A DNA stretch of 64,000 nucleotides from Escherichia coli O157 typing phage 15. The stretch lies in the sequence record KP869113; one strand, written 5' to 3'. Of the stretch, positions 25,627 through 35,797 are shown one piece after another; the first letter of the stretch is position 1; every line of letters starts with the position of its first letter. The translations under genes were made by a program, and so were the position numbers. Under the pieces are notes generated by a model. The model saw only the letters and a list, made by a program, of their open reading frames with translations, was not told the origin of the DNA and searched no databases.

Positions 25627-26152
25627 GATTTACCTTAGAAATGTTTGTTGCAAATTCACATTGAGCGATAACTTTCATATTGTTATAGACATCTTGAGAG
25701 TATTTCTTAGCTTTAGGGATTCTGTACGAATACCCAGCATTATATGATGCTAAAACTTTTTGTAAAGTCTTCTTTGACTTTGGGTGACCATGCACCTTCG
25801 TCCAAAACTCAAGCTCTTTATGTGTTTCTTTTGCGGCATAGTCAAAATCTTTTAAGAGTTTCTTTTTAGCAACATTAGGACTAATTTTGTTACGCTTTAC
25901 AACAGTCTTCAAGTGATTCTGGAAGATACCATAGTCATGGGTCTTTTTATTTTCTACCTTCAGACCTAACTCTGACTCTTGTAAGGCTATAGCTGCTAGA
26001 GTGATACCCCAACCTTTACCCATGTTATTCTCACCATACTGGTAAGCTTTTAACATGTTCACTTTTTGGCTAATTGATAGCTCTGGGCAGTCAACTGCAT
26101 AAGATAAGTGTGCTGTAAACATTAAGCACAAACCTAGAATCAATTTCTTCAT
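25604..26152 (-). CDS. secreted lytic transglycosylase (SLT domain)
   Basis: N-terminal signal peptide; AIALQESELG (catalytic E-S), YGIFQ, SYNAGYS motifs matching SLT family 1. Confidence 0.6.
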   Translation of the reverse strand: MKKLILGLCLMFTAHLSYAVDCPELSISQKVNMLKAYQYGENNMGKGWGITLAAIALQESELGLKVENKKTHDYGIFQNHLKTVVKRNKISPNVAKKKLLKDFDYAAKETHKELEFWTKVHGHPKSKKTLQKVLASYNAGYSYRIPKAKKYSQDVYNNMKVIAQCEFATNISKVNHEKIKKV

Positions 26153-26215
26153 TGGTTCTCCTGTTTAGTTTATCGTGACAACAATTATACAGCACTCTGC
26201 ACAAAATACAAATAA

Positions 26216-26240
26216 AAAAGGCCGCCGAAGCAGCCTTTTA
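26216..26240 (-). terminator. terminator-like hairpin
   Basis: aaaaaaggccgccgaagcagcctttt; hairpin with A and T runs on either side. Confidence 0.4.
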
Positions 26241-26252
26241 AGAAATTACTTA

Positions 26253-27362
26253 TTAGATTTCACGTTTACGTTGAGAGATGAGTTCACCAGCAGTGCCAAC
26301 GATGACATGCAAAGCTTCAGTCTTACCATCCCATGCTTCCAGCACTTTACGTTGATTATCAACGATTGCTGCAACTTCATAACGAGAGGAACGCATCTTC
26401 ATATCGTTGTAATCAGTTGGAACAGATACAACATCTCGTGGATGTACGCGAACCTTCAGGATTGTATCACCTGAGAAGCAACGAACATAATCCCAAGCAC
26501 CAACATGAAGACCTTGAGAGCAAGTTACGTTACGGTTATTATCAACCATCCAACGTGGCATTTCTACAATGTTACCCAAATCATTAGGCACTTTGTAGGT
26601 GTGAGAGTCAACCAGCTTGCCTTCACGAGTAGAGACTTTCTTCCAACCAATGATGTAGCCTTCTTCATCAATTTCAACATCAAGGTGAGATACAAATCCC
26701 CAAAGTTGTTCTACAGAATCTTTAGATGGGTTTTCCATCAGTTTTTCGAAGAACATTACAAGTCGTTCAAAACCTTTATCGCCAGTTTTCATCATGTGAA
26801 GAATACGGTCAACCAGAGTAGAACGCATCTCAACAGCACCGTAGAATAGCTTGTCACCTTTGATTGTGATAGCACCCTGAGTGAAGTTTTCGATAGACTT
26901 ACGAATGTTCATCAGTTCAAATGCTTTCTTGAACTCACCTTTCACAACATGAACTACAATCTCTTGATAGTTCGGATGAGTAGACTCAACAATTTCAGAT
27001 TCTGAACCATAAGTCATAATTACAGAATCACCAGTAATCATGTACTCAATCTTGTCATCTTTCTGCATAGCTTCGTGCAGTTTATTTACTGGAGCTTTCT
27101 GTACAGTGTCTTTAACGACCTTTTCAACTGGTTTGCCAGCTTTCTTTTTAAAAGTCTTAGCAAATTGTTTCAAAGTCTTCGTAGCTGGTGTAGAAGTTGC
27201 CTTCTTCTTGCCTTTTAAGGTTGCTTCATGACGCTCTACAGCACGACCAACTGAACGGGTTGAAGTATTGAACTTCTGTGCAATAGCTGTTTTAGTCAGC
27301 TTACCTTCTTTAACCAGTTTGTAAATTTCTGCGTCAATCTGTGCTTTAGTTTTAGTAGTCAT
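26253..27362 (-). CDS. hypothetical protein with N-terminal helix-turn-helix
   Basis: 369-aa ORF; KTAIAQKFNTSTRSVGRAVERH HTH-like; conserved C-terminal block GLHVGAWDYV...VRVHPRDVV. Confidence 0.5.
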   Translation of the reverse strand: MTTKTKAQIDAEIYKLVKEGKLTKTAIAQKFNTSTRSVGRAVERHEATLKGKKKATSTPATKTLKQFAKTFKKKAGKPVEKVVKDTVQKAPVNKLHEAMQKDDKIEYMITGDSVIMTYGSESEIVESTHPNYQEIVVHVVKGEFKKAFELMNIRKSIENFTQGAITIKGDKLFYGAVEMRSTLVDRILHMMKTGDKGFERLVMFFEKLMENPSKDSVEQLWGFVSHLDVEIDEEGYIIGWKKVSTREGKLVDSHTYKVPNDLGNIVEMPRWMVDNNRNVTCSQGLHVGAWDYVRCFSGDTILKVRVHPRDVVSVPTDYNDMKMRSSRYEVAAIVDNQRKVLEAWDGKTEALHVIVGTAGELISQRKREI

Positions 27363-27441
27363 CTTATTACTCTCTCTTGTTAGTTAATCAATCAATTTGT
27401 GAGGCTATTCTAAGGGGCTTCAAAGCCCCTTGTCAAACACT

Positions 27442-29808
27442 TTAATCGTAAATTGTTGTACCTTCTGGAACACATTTCACATTAAAGCCTAAAAACTTAC
27501 TCACTTCGATAGGTGATACTTTATTCCAATCTAAGTGTGAAAGCAAGAAGTTTTCTTGTTTTCTTTTTGAAAGATAGTTTGTCAGCTTGATAACCATGCG
27601 GTCACCTGCTTTCTTAATCTTTTTGTACAGTTTTGTGTCATTATCAAGGCATGTCTTCAAATCCTGAAGAACACTGATAGTGTAAGTGTATGCAAACGGT
27701 GCAGCCACATACTGAATCTTACCAAACATTGCCTCAACAGCATCTTCATTCCCTTCTAAGAAGATTGTCTTAATAGTATCCCTTGAATAACAATACCCGC
27801 GAGAAATCTTCCTGTTATTGAACGTAAAGTTTCTGGCAATAATCCAACTGCTTGTAAGGTCGAGGACACCATCCATGTAGATGCGTGTCATATACCTGTT
27901 ATGGTTAATCCAATGAACATCAGTTAAGCTGTCGTTCAAGAGCTTCTCATCTACTTCAATCCAGTCTTCTGGTATCTTTTTCCAATTTGCTTTTCGGAAA
28001 ACATAGACTGTCTTGCCTGTAACATTAGCAACTGACTTAGCTACATCCTCTGGAGATGAGCAAAAACATCTACCATCAACTGTGTCACCTACTGCCTTAA
28101 TATAAAGCTGAGGCTCTTCAATTGTGTCTAAGTCTTCTGACACCTCTTTGTATGAAGCTTTAGTTTCTGCTGGAACAGCTTTCCAGAGTTTTACAACACC
28201 CCTTACAGCTTCTTTACGCTGATAGTGGTGTTCCTTATCAGACATCTTCACAATCTTTAACAAGCTTTTATCAAGTTTGTGTAGATTGATTAAATCATCT
28301 AACTCTTTTTCAGTCGAGAATACAAAGACAATACCATTGTATCTGTGAAACAGATTTGACTCACTGGCGTAGTCTCGACATGCACCACGCAAAATTTGAT
28401 TGCGTCCTACAGTCTTCTCAGTACCGTTTTTATTGCGACGGTCATTAATCACGAACAAAAACTGTTCAATTTGGCTTTTACGCATTGCACCAAAGATATT
28501 GAACATACTTGCCTCTTGAGTGTAGGAAAGTGCTGTTGCACGAATCTTACTCTCTAAAGAGTTGAACTTGACATAAGCAACTGGGTCATAAAGATAATCT
28601 ACTTTAGGGATATTGTTCCCGTTCCTATCAACCTTAATATTGCCTTTACCGTCACGTTCATAAATGACTGAGCCGTCTTCTGCGTAGATAATTCCACGAC
28701 GAATGTTTAACAATTCTTCTTCCAGAGAATCAAGCTTAATGCCTCCCCACTCTAGCTTTGGACACACAGCATTAAACATCTCTCGTGAGTTCAAACGTAG
28801 CTCTGCATAAGCCTGTGCAGCATCCATGAGTGTAGGTTGGCTATTAACTTTCTTGATAACATCCTTTGTAATTGCTTCAGTTATCTTTTTGGTAGCCTCG
28901 ATGATAACATTTTTTGTCGTATCATTCATCTGCAATGCTTCACGAGAAGCTGCTATAGCAACTGAACCAATAGGCATGTAGATGTTTACAAGGTCTACGC
29001 TCCTACGGAAAAACTCTGGCAAGACTTTGAAGAAATCATCACCAAGTAATGCTTCCATGTTCACTGGATAGGCAATATTACCCATCACCACATTAAACTC
29101 TGTCCTGTTACCACTAGAACGCCAGCTTTGCTTATGAATCATGGCATCATAAACACCTTCTTCACGGGCAATGACGTTCATATCTGCTAATACATCGTCG
29201 TACTCAATATTACTTTCTGGTTTTACAGTGAAGTATGAGTACACATTTCCAGCTTCTTCAAAGAACTTTGAGATACGGTGGTCAGCAACTGCCACACGTA
29301 CAGCTAAACCATTAGGTTCTTTTGTTGGGTTAGTGGTCAGCTTAGTTACTTGAGGGATACCATTCTCAAGATAAACAGAGTACTTATTAACAACACCATC
29401 AACATAGCTAGATACTGTGAATGACTGAGCAATTGCAAATGGGGATTTTGAGCCGATACCCATTGCACCAATGTAGTCATTAGAGTCATTCTTCGTAGAA
29501 GCCCCGTAGTTTAGGTACAAACTCATAACTTTATCATGAGTCAATCCAGTTCCAAAATCACGAACTTCAAAGTAAGGCTCAAAACGAGTAGGTAAATGCA
29601 CATGGAACGGGATGTTCTCTTTTCCAGCTTCTTTCTGAGCATCTACTGCGTTACATGACAGTTCACGAATCACTGCCCTTTCTTTAAAGGTATATACACC
29701 AGAACTCAAAAGGCTGAACATCTCAGGTGTCATTGTAATCTGTGCTTGAGACGTCTCTAAAGAAGTTGAACTCTTAATCACTTCTGCGTGGTCATTTACC
29801 ATGCGCAT
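27442..29808 (-). CDS. rIIA-like protein with GHKL-type ATPase domain
   Basis: 788-aa ORF; N-terminal VRDFGTGLTHD ... IGAMGIGSKSPF (GHKL G-boxes). Confidence 0.5.
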   Translation of the reverse strand: MRMVNDHAEVIKSSTSLETSQAQITMTPEMFSLLSSGVYTFKERAVIRELSCNAVDAQKEAGKENIPFHVHLPTRFEPYFEVRDFGTGLTHDKVMSLYLNYGASTKNDSNDYIGAMGIGSKSPFAIAQSFTVSSYVDGVVNKYSVYLENGIPQVTKLTTNPTKEPNGLAVRVAVADHRISKFFEEAGNVYSYFTVKPESNIEYDDVLADMNVIAREEGVYDAMIHKQSWRSSGNRTEFNVVMGNIAYPVNMEALLGDDFFKVLPEFFRRSVDLVNIYMPIGSVAIAASREALQMNDTTKNVIIEATKKITEAITKDVIKKVNSQPTLMDAAQAYAELRLNSREMFNAVCPKLEWGGIKLDSLEEELLNIRRGIIYAEDGSVIYERDGKGNIKVDRNGNNIPKVDYLYDPVAYVKFNSLESKIRATALSYTQEASMFNIFGAMRKSQIEQFLFVINDRRNKNGTEKTVGRNQILRGACRDYASESNLFHRYNGIVFVFSTEKELDDLINLHKLDKSLLKIVKMSDKEHHYQRKEAVRGVVKLWKAVPAETKASYKEVSEDLDTIEEPQLYIKAVGDTVDGRCFCSSPEDVAKSVANVTGKTVYVFRKANWKKIPEDWIEVDEKLLNDSLTDVHWINHNRYMTRIYMDGVLDLTSSWIIARNFTFNNRKISRGYCYSRDTIKTIFLEGNEDAVEAMFGKIQYVAAPFAYTYTISVLQDLKTCLDNDTKLYKKIKKAGDRMVIKLTNYLSKRKQENFLLSHLDWNKVSPIEVSKFLGFNVKCVPEGTTIYD

Positions 29809-29994
29809 AATACTTTCCTCTTAGTTTACTGTTAAATTACTTATTAAACATTTTACCAGAACCACCACACATAGGGCAACAACCTGCTCTTGTATACCCT
29901 TCTCCGTTACAGTAGTCACACTTCTTGTGTTCTGCAAAGTACTTACAAAGAAGATAAACAAGGACTGCTACACTACCAAGTGACAGTAAAATTT

Positions 29995-30342
29995 CTACCC
30001 AATATGCTTGCATGACTCACCCCTCATGTTTTTGTAAAGGATAAAGCTTCTGTCATGGACGATACTTGTAGATACTGCAAAGTTACTTTCAAGCATCTGT
30101 TTGTTTGGATTGTAGAAGCTTTTTTTAAACTCGTCAAGTGCAAATTGGTGATGGTCTGGAAGACCTTTTACACAAACTTTTATTGTGATTGCTGCTGCAA
30201 TCTTGCCAGTCAGTTCTTCTTTAGCTGCTACTAAAATTTTGTTAAGGAACTTTTTACCATCTTCAGGTTTCTTAATGTTCTCCCAACGTTCTTCTAAGAT
30301 AATGTTGATGTTCATCTCTTTGATTTTCATAGTTTTCACCAA
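29995..30342 (-). CDS. hypothetical protein
   Basis: 115-aa ORF. Confidence 0.45.
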   Translation of the reverse strand: MVKTMKIKEMNINIILEERWENIKKPEDGKKFLNKILVAAKEELTGKIAAAITIKVCVKGLPDHHQFALDEFKKSFYNPNKQMLESNFAVSTSIVHDRSFILYKNMRGESCKHIG

Positions 30343-30680
30343 GTCCAGTTAATGAGTATGCCATCGAAACCTTTTGCTAAAGGTACACCCTCATGTTCAT
30401 AAAATTCAGGATTAACTTCGAATCCACGATTTTCAATATACTCTATCATGTATTTCATTACAAAGCTAATCTCTTCGTAGTCATCTGGGTCTCTGCCAAA
30501 GAACTGTTCTATGACAAACATACCTTCTTTTGTAGCAAATTGGCAGTGGTGATTGTAGATACCTTCACAAAACTTTTCAAACTTTTCTTTACCGAGAACT
30601 TTAAGGATGTCTGTATAGGCAACTTGTAAGTATTTCGGTTGTACAGGTTTATTGTTAAACCATATGGAAAGGTTGTCCAT
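30336..30680 (-). CDS. hypothetical protein
   Basis: 114-aa ORF. Confidence 0.45.
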   Translation of the reverse strand: MDNLSIWFNNKPVQPKYLQVAYTDILKVLGKEKFEKFCEGIYNHHCQFATKEGMFVIEQFFGRDPDDYEEISFVMKYMIEYIENRGFEVNPEFYEHEGVPLAKGFDGILINWTW

Positions 30681-30696
30681 AGCATTCTCCAGAAAT

Positions 30697-30724
30697 TAAA
30701 AAGGCTCCCGTAGGAGCCTCTTAT
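30697..30724 (-). terminator. rho-independent terminator (minus strand)
   Basis: aggctcc-cgta-ggagcct stem with A run on plus strand (U tract on minus). Confidence 0.5.
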
Positions 30725-30733
30725 CATATACTT

Positions 30734-32515
30734 TTAAAGCTGCTTGTCAATATTATTTCGAATATCACCAAGAGTTGTGTAACCGTACTGCTCAGAGTCG
30801 CTAAAGACTAAACGTAAAGCACAAGCTGGATGTTCAAGTGCATCTGCAAAGCTCTGGAATCCATAGCCATCTACAGCTTTCAAATTCTCACCATCCCACA
30901 TAGGTGCTACACCACCAAAGGCAGATTTCTTAACACCACTATCTGTTTTAGGGTCTTTTGCAAGCATAATCTCTTTGCCACCAATGCTTGCAAGAGTTGC
31001 TTTGACAGCAAATGCAAAGGTGTCACGAGTCATGTACTGGTAAGTGTAAGAGCCTACACCAAACACCACGTTAGAGCTTGCAAACCCCATTTCATACAGA
31101 CGCTTCAGGATTTCGTTTGCACGTTCCAACGTGATAGAGTCGCCATAGATAAGTCCAATGTGCTCATCCAGTACCTTAAAACCTTTAGAGTTGATAGTTC
31201 CTCCAAAGATGTTATACAAGGTCTTAATAGCTCCATCAATCTCTGCTACAGGGCGTGTTACAACGTTTGCAGAACCAACCATATAAGCGTTCTTCAACAT
31301 CACTGTATCAGCAACTTCAAAGTCTTCTCTGTCAACAACCATTTCGTAGCCTTCTGACAGTAGCCATCCAGCAATACCATAGTTGATGTTTTCAAGCTTC
31401 ATGTTAAGAACAGCATTCAACATTGTGTCACTGACTTCCAGCTTGCTTAGGTGCTCGTAATAAGCCTTCTTAGCACATTCTAAGTGGATTGCTTTATAAC
31501 CTGTGACAATATGTACAGGGTCTCCAGAGTCAGGGCGAATTACCAGTTTGCCATCACGTTCCATAATTTCTTTACGAAGTGCTGGTAAGATTTCTGACAC
31601 AGTTCTCCAGAAGTTATAAGTATCTGAAACAATACTTGCAATACCTGTTGGGTAAGTTTCTGTTAAGAAACGACGGAAGGTTTGTAACTCACCTTTAAAG
31701 CGTCTTTCTTCTTCAATCAACTCATTACCACCTTCCCAAGCAATGTTTGCACACATTACAGAGTGCTCAGTGGCTGGTACAGAGCTACCAATATCAGAGA
31801 TTGGGTAGGACTGTCCATAGATTCGTTTAGCCGTGTATACAGCAGGGAAGCTATCAGTCCCTTTAAAGCTGGTTAAGTGACCTACAGCGTTAAATGCGTC
31901 ATCAGTAAAGCCGGACATACCACGCATAGCAAAATCATGGCACTGATAAGGTAAATGTAAGTCATTGTCACAAGTAAGGTCAGCCCACTTCTTACAGATG
32001 CGTTTGTAATGCAATGCAATAGTTGCAATGGTGCAAGCCTTCCAAATTTCAGCAGAGAAAGCATCTTCCAGATAACCTGCTACCCAATGAAAACCTGAAA
32101 CAGTGTTCTGAAAGACAATCATCGGGACACGCATTGGAACAACTGTGCCTTCTTCTACAGCGTATACTTCAACTGGTAGATAACCTAAGTCGTGAAGTGC
32201 TTCCCAATGCTCTCGACCGATAGCATCTTTACCCAGAACACCATTCATGACTTCTAAGATTTCATCAATGGCTTCTTTTTTATCACGTTCAAAGAAAGTG
32301 GCATTCCAGTGGTCTATCAAGTAATCTTTAACAAAACGTTGAATACCAAAAGCCACTACACCGTCAATTGCTAAAGGGCTGTTAAACCATTTATCACTAC
32401 GTGGTGTCAGGTTGAACATCAAGTATTCTGTTGCACTAGGATACTGGTAAACATGACCAGATTTGTAAGCATCTGCATTTAAACCTGCTGGTACTGCATA
32501 AAGTGATTTAGTCAT
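30734..32515 (-). CDS. nadV: nicotinamide phosphoribosyltransferase (Nampt/NadV)
   Basis: 593-aa ORF; N-terminal DAYKSGHVYQYP matches the Nampt DSYKVTHYKQYP signature; correct length. Confidence 0.8.
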   Translation of the reverse strand: MTKSLYAVPAGLNADAYKSGHVYQYPSATEYLMFNLTPRSDKWFNSPLAIDGVVAFGIQRFVKDYLIDHWNATFFERDKKEAIDEILEVMNGVLGKDAIGREHWEALHDLGYLPVEVYAVEEGTVVPMRVPMIVFQNTVSGFHWVAGYLEDAFSAEIWKACTIATIALHYKRICKKWADLTCDNDLHLPYQCHDFAMRGMSGFTDDAFNAVGHLTSFKGTDSFPAVYTAKRIYGQSYPISDIGSSVPATEHSVMCANIAWEGGNELIEEERRFKGELQTFRRFLTETYPTGIASIVSDTYNFWRTVSEILPALRKEIMERDGKLVIRPDSGDPVHIVTGYKAIHLECAKKAYYEHLSKLEVSDTMLNAVLNMKLENINYGIAGWLLSEGYEMVVDREDFEVADTVMLKNAYMVGSANVVTRPVAEIDGAIKTLYNIFGGTINSKGFKVLDEHIGLIYGDSITLERANEILKRLYEMGFASSNVVFGVGSYTYQYMTRDTFAFAVKATLASIGGKEIMLAKDPKTDSGVKKSAFGGVAPMWDGENLKAVDGYGFQSFADALEHPACALRLVFSDSEQYGYTTLGDIRNNIDKQL

Positions 32516-32560
32516 CTTTTAATCTCTCTCAAAATGGGGCTTTTAAGCCCCTATAAAGTT

Positions 32561-33457
32561 TCAATCAAGGTTTGCTACAGTAACTTGACCATAATGTGTT
32601 AAGCCACGGTCTTTAGCTTCCCCTAAAGAGTTTGTAGTGTAGATATGGTCAATACCATTGTCAAGAAGGTTTTCAACATCTTTAGAGAAGATACCATGTG
32701 TTACATAGAGTTCCACACGTTTTGTACCTGCTTCACGGAGATGCTTAGCTGCTTCTATGAAGGTTCGACCACCATCACAGATATCATCCAGAATCATGAC
32801 GGTTTTATCTGTCAAATCAACATCATCAAGGATTCGCATACCAGTAATTTCACCAGTCTTAAGGTTACGCACCTTAGACATTGTGATATATGGTTTATCC
32901 ACCTCTTTAGCGGTCTCTGCAACCTTCTTAGCAGCACCTGCATCTGGGGCTACTAAGTAATCAACCAGTGGGTCATTTGCATAGTGGACTGCAATCTCCT
33001 TTTGAGGAATACTCTGGAAGCAGTTAAACAGGTTATCTGGTACATAGCTGTGAGGGTCAACTGCACAGACTGCGCCAAATCCCATTGCATTAATCTGTTT
33101 AGCAAAAACCTTTAAAGCTGCTGCGTCACCTTTAAACATGTGACGGTCATATCGTGCATTTGGTAAGTAGTAAAAGATGACAGTCTTTAAAGCATAATCA
33201 TGAGGAATTAAATCATCAATTGCTTCTTTAGCAAGTGCCACAGCAAACAATGTGTCCTTGTCATAACCTTTTACAATCATAATCACATTGTTGATGGATG
33301 ATGCTGCATAAGCAGTAAAATCAACAAACTCTGGCGAAAAGTGTCCACCAATCTCACCAGAAGGGAATTGGACGATGTTAAACTCTTCTTCATGAGTCCC
33401 TTTAGTTGGTGAATGAACTGTAACACGGATAGATGTTTTCATAGTTTTCTCTCTCAA
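32561..33457 (-). CDS. prs: ribose-phosphate pyrophosphokinase (PRPP synthetase)-like
   Basis: 298-aa ORF; PRPP-binding VMILDDICDGGRT motif; adjacent to Nampt, which consumes PRPP. Confidence 0.6.
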   Translation of the reverse strand: MREKTMKTSIRVTVHSPTKGTHEEEFNIVQFPSGEIGGHFSPEFVDFTAYAASSINNVIMIVKGYDKDTLFAVALAKEAIDDLIPHDYALKTVIFYYLPNARYDRHMFKGDAAALKVFAKQINAMGFGAVCAVDPHSYVPDNLFNCFQSIPQKEIAVHYANDPLVDYLVAPDAGAAKKVAETAKEVDKPYITMSKVRNLKTGEITGMRILDDVDLTDKTVMILDDICDGGRTFIEAAKHLREAGTKRVELYVTHGIFSKDVENLLDNGIDHIYTTNSLGEAKDRGLTHYGQVTVANLD

Positions 33458-33732
33458 TCAAAAGTTACGTTTGTTACTGCCATTGCAGATTTGCATTTTG
33501 CAGGGTCTACAACGTGATAAAGTACACTACAGTTACCTGTGCTGTCTGGTACAGGTTTAACCCATTGTTGCTTGACAGTTGGTTCGCCTAAGTCTTTGTA
33601 AGAACCATCTGTAAAGTTGTTTACCATCTCAAGTGCAATTGGCTCTGGAACATGACCACGTATCATGTACATTTCACAACCATTACCTCCTTCACTGACT
33701 AATGGTAAAATCTCCCACTTTTCTTTAGTCAT
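33454..33732 (-). CDS. hypothetical protein
   Basis: 92-aa ORF. Confidence 0.4.
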   Translation of the reverse strand: MTKEKWEILPLVSEGGNGCEMYMIRGHVPEPIALEMVNNFTDGSYKDLGEPTVKQQWVKPVPDSTGNCSVLYHVVDPAKCKSAMAVTNVTFD

Positions 33733-34240
33733 TATAAGTTGCCCTATAAACTGTCTCGAACTTCAACAGGAGAGATATTGCCAAATCTGTATAGTTGTTG
33801 TCAAGCACATCTGGCATATTATTTTTGATATATTTCTCTTGCTCTTCATAGGTCATCTTAGGGATACTTAGGAGGCTATCTCCTTGCTTCTGGTTATCAG
33901 CTTTAGTTTGGATAAACCAGTTTGCACAGTGATGTTCACCACCTTTTGTAACAGGTTTGTGATGACCTAATGTAAATATTTGCTTACCCGTATACCTGCA
34001 AAGATTGTTCAGTGTTGCAATGGTGTTCTTCACAACACACCATTCATACAGGTTATCTATTGTGTAGTGTGGGTAATAACGGACAAGTGCTCTTTCACGT
34101 AAGTTACCACGATTCCAAAGAACCATGTGATTAGAATTTGAAGGGTCATATTTGTGGGAGTCTATAAACTCTTGACGCTCATCAAAGCTGAGTCTTAGAA
34201 CTGACATTGCAACCGAACGTTTCAGGTTTGACAGATACAT
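33725..34240 (-). CDS. HNH endonuclease-like protein
   Basis: LGHHKPVTKGGEHHCANWFIQTKADNQ resembles the HNH core. Confidence 0.45.
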   Translation of the reverse strand: MYLSNLKRSVAMSVLRLSFDERQEFIDSHKYDPSNSNHMVLWNRGNLRERALVRYYPHYTIDNLYEWCVVKNTIATLNNLCRYTGKQIFTLGHHKPVTKGGEHHCANWFIQTKADNQKQGDSLLSIPKMTYEEQEKYIKNNMPDVLDNNYTDLAISLLLKFETVYRATYND

Positions 34241-34291
34241 TTTACCTCCAAAATAAAAAGGGAACCTTTACAGTCCCCTTATAGTATCTGT

Positions 34292-34612
34292 TTACTGAGC
34301 TACTTTCAAGATTCTTGTGAATGGAATTTCACTTTCTTCCATTAACTCTTTAGTTTCTTTGGTAACTTTCACAAAGTTATCTAGGCAGATAATCTTCTTA
34401 TCTTTCTTACTATAGGTTAATTTAACCTTTTCAATATCTTTCTCAGAGCTTTTCTCTTCATTGAAGAGTTTTACAGCCTCTTTGAATGGGAGATATGAGC
34501 CATCATTATCACTAATGAATCCTGTACCACAATAGTAGGAGTTATGTTCTCTAGCCATAAACTGGCACAGTAAGAAAATCTGTAATTTACGAGTGTTATA
34601 AACTTTGCTCAT
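34292..34612 (-). CDS. hypothetical protein
   Basis: 106-aa ORF. Confidence 0.45.
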   Translation of the reverse strand: MSKVYNTRKLQIFLLCQFMAREHNSYYCGTGFISDNDGSYLPFKEAVKLFNEEKSSEKDIEKVKLTYSKKDKKIICLDNFVKVTKETKELMEESEIPFTRILKVAQ

Positions 34613-34614
34613 GA

Positions 34615-34878
34615 TTATTTAGCCTTCTTATTACGTTTACGGTTACGGTTACGAGCTTTCTTAGCTGCGCGTTTAATTGCTGCTGCACCAGTCGGACGAT
34701 GGGCTTGCTTCTTACCACCTTTGCCACGGCCTACATAGATGCTTTTCATAATCTCATTAGCCAGTTTCTCATCCATCTTGAAGTTCTGCATAAGATGAGT
34801 CACATCAACACCAGTGAGCATACCTAATGAAGCTAGTGCTGCTTTCACTTTTGATTTAAAACTATTCCAGAGTCCCAT
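34615..34878 (-). CDS. small highly basic protein
   Basis: C-terminal KRAAKKARNRNRKRNKKAK tail. Confidence 0.45.
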   Translation of the reverse strand: MGLWNSFKSKVKAALASLGMLTGVDVTHLMQNFKMDEKLANEIMKSIYVGRGKGGKKQAHRPTGAAAIKRAAKKARNRNRKRNKKAK

Positions 34879-35002
34879 TTCATATCTCTCTCAATCTTTT
34901 CACAAAATGTTTTAAGTTCTTCTTCAGTGATACCAACGGTTAAGTTTGTTCTGTAGAACATTGTAAAGTGGCTTTTACCGATAACCTACTTTATAACGAG
35001 AT

Positions 35003-35488
35003 TTACTCTGCTCTCCACTGACAATCACCTTGCCATCCGTACTCTTTTCTCCAGAGGTTTTGGTTATCTGAACCACGATACGGTTTAACTGTTGGTTTAG
35101 ATGAATCATACTTACCATCAATCACCACGTCAACATATTTCATCACATCAAGGTGAATTTTTTCATGTAACTGAAAACCTGTCCAGAGCCAGATAGATTT
35201 TTCTGGGTAAACGGTTTTAATACGTTTGCATATGTTGGTAACCTCTTGAATATTTCTATCATCTAGAGGTTCTCCACCAAGTATTGACAGCCCACTGATG
35301 GCATTATCATCCATTAACTTAATGATGCCATAAAGGTTTGCATAAGTGAACTCTTTACCAGCATTAAACTTCCAAGATTCCTTATTAAAGCAACCTTCAC
35401 AGTGATGCTTACAACCAGCTACGAAGAGGCTTACACGAACCCCTTCACCATTAGCTGTGTCAAATGGTCGAATCTCCATGTAATTCAT
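35003..35488 (-). CDS. nrdG: anaerobic ribonucleotide reductase activating protein (radical SAM)
   Basis: 161-aa ORF; CKHHCEGC radical-SAM cysteine cluster; just downstream of nrdD. Confidence 0.7.
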   Translation of the reverse strand: MNYMEIRPFDTANGEGVRVSLFVAGCKHHCEGCFNKESWKFNAGKEFTYANLYGIIKLMDDNAISGLSILGGEPLDDRNIQEVTNICKRIKTVYPEKSIWLWTGFQLHEKIHLDVMKYVDVVIDGKYDSSKPTVKPYRGSDNQNLWRKEYGWQGDCQWRAE

Positions 35489-35497
35489 CTAGTTACC

Positions 35498-35797
35498 TCA
35501 CCAATACATATAAGTGTTCTTAGCGGCTTTCTTTGGAGACTTGCTATCAATATCAAAATCTTCATCTAAGAAGGATGTCTTAGAAAGCTGCCTTATTTGT
35601 GTTCTTGTAAGACGTTTAGTGGCCTTCTTAATCTCTCTACAAGGCTGGCTTGTGAAGTCGTAAGAGCCACCTTTTCTGGACATCATATCAGAATGGAAGT
35701 AGACATCTGAAGCATTTTCTCTGTTACGTACCTCATTTCTCCACTCATAGAGTCCATGAACGTTCTTTAAACCTTTTCTTCGAATTGTTTTACTCAT
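35498..35797 (-). CDS. hypothetical protein
   Basis: 99-aa ORF. Confidence 0.4.
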   Translation of the reverse strand: MSKTIRRKGLKNVHGLYEWRNEVRNRENASDVYFHSDMMSRKGGSYDFTSQPCREIKKATKRLTRTQIRQLSKTSFLDEDFDIDSKSPKKAAKNTYMYW

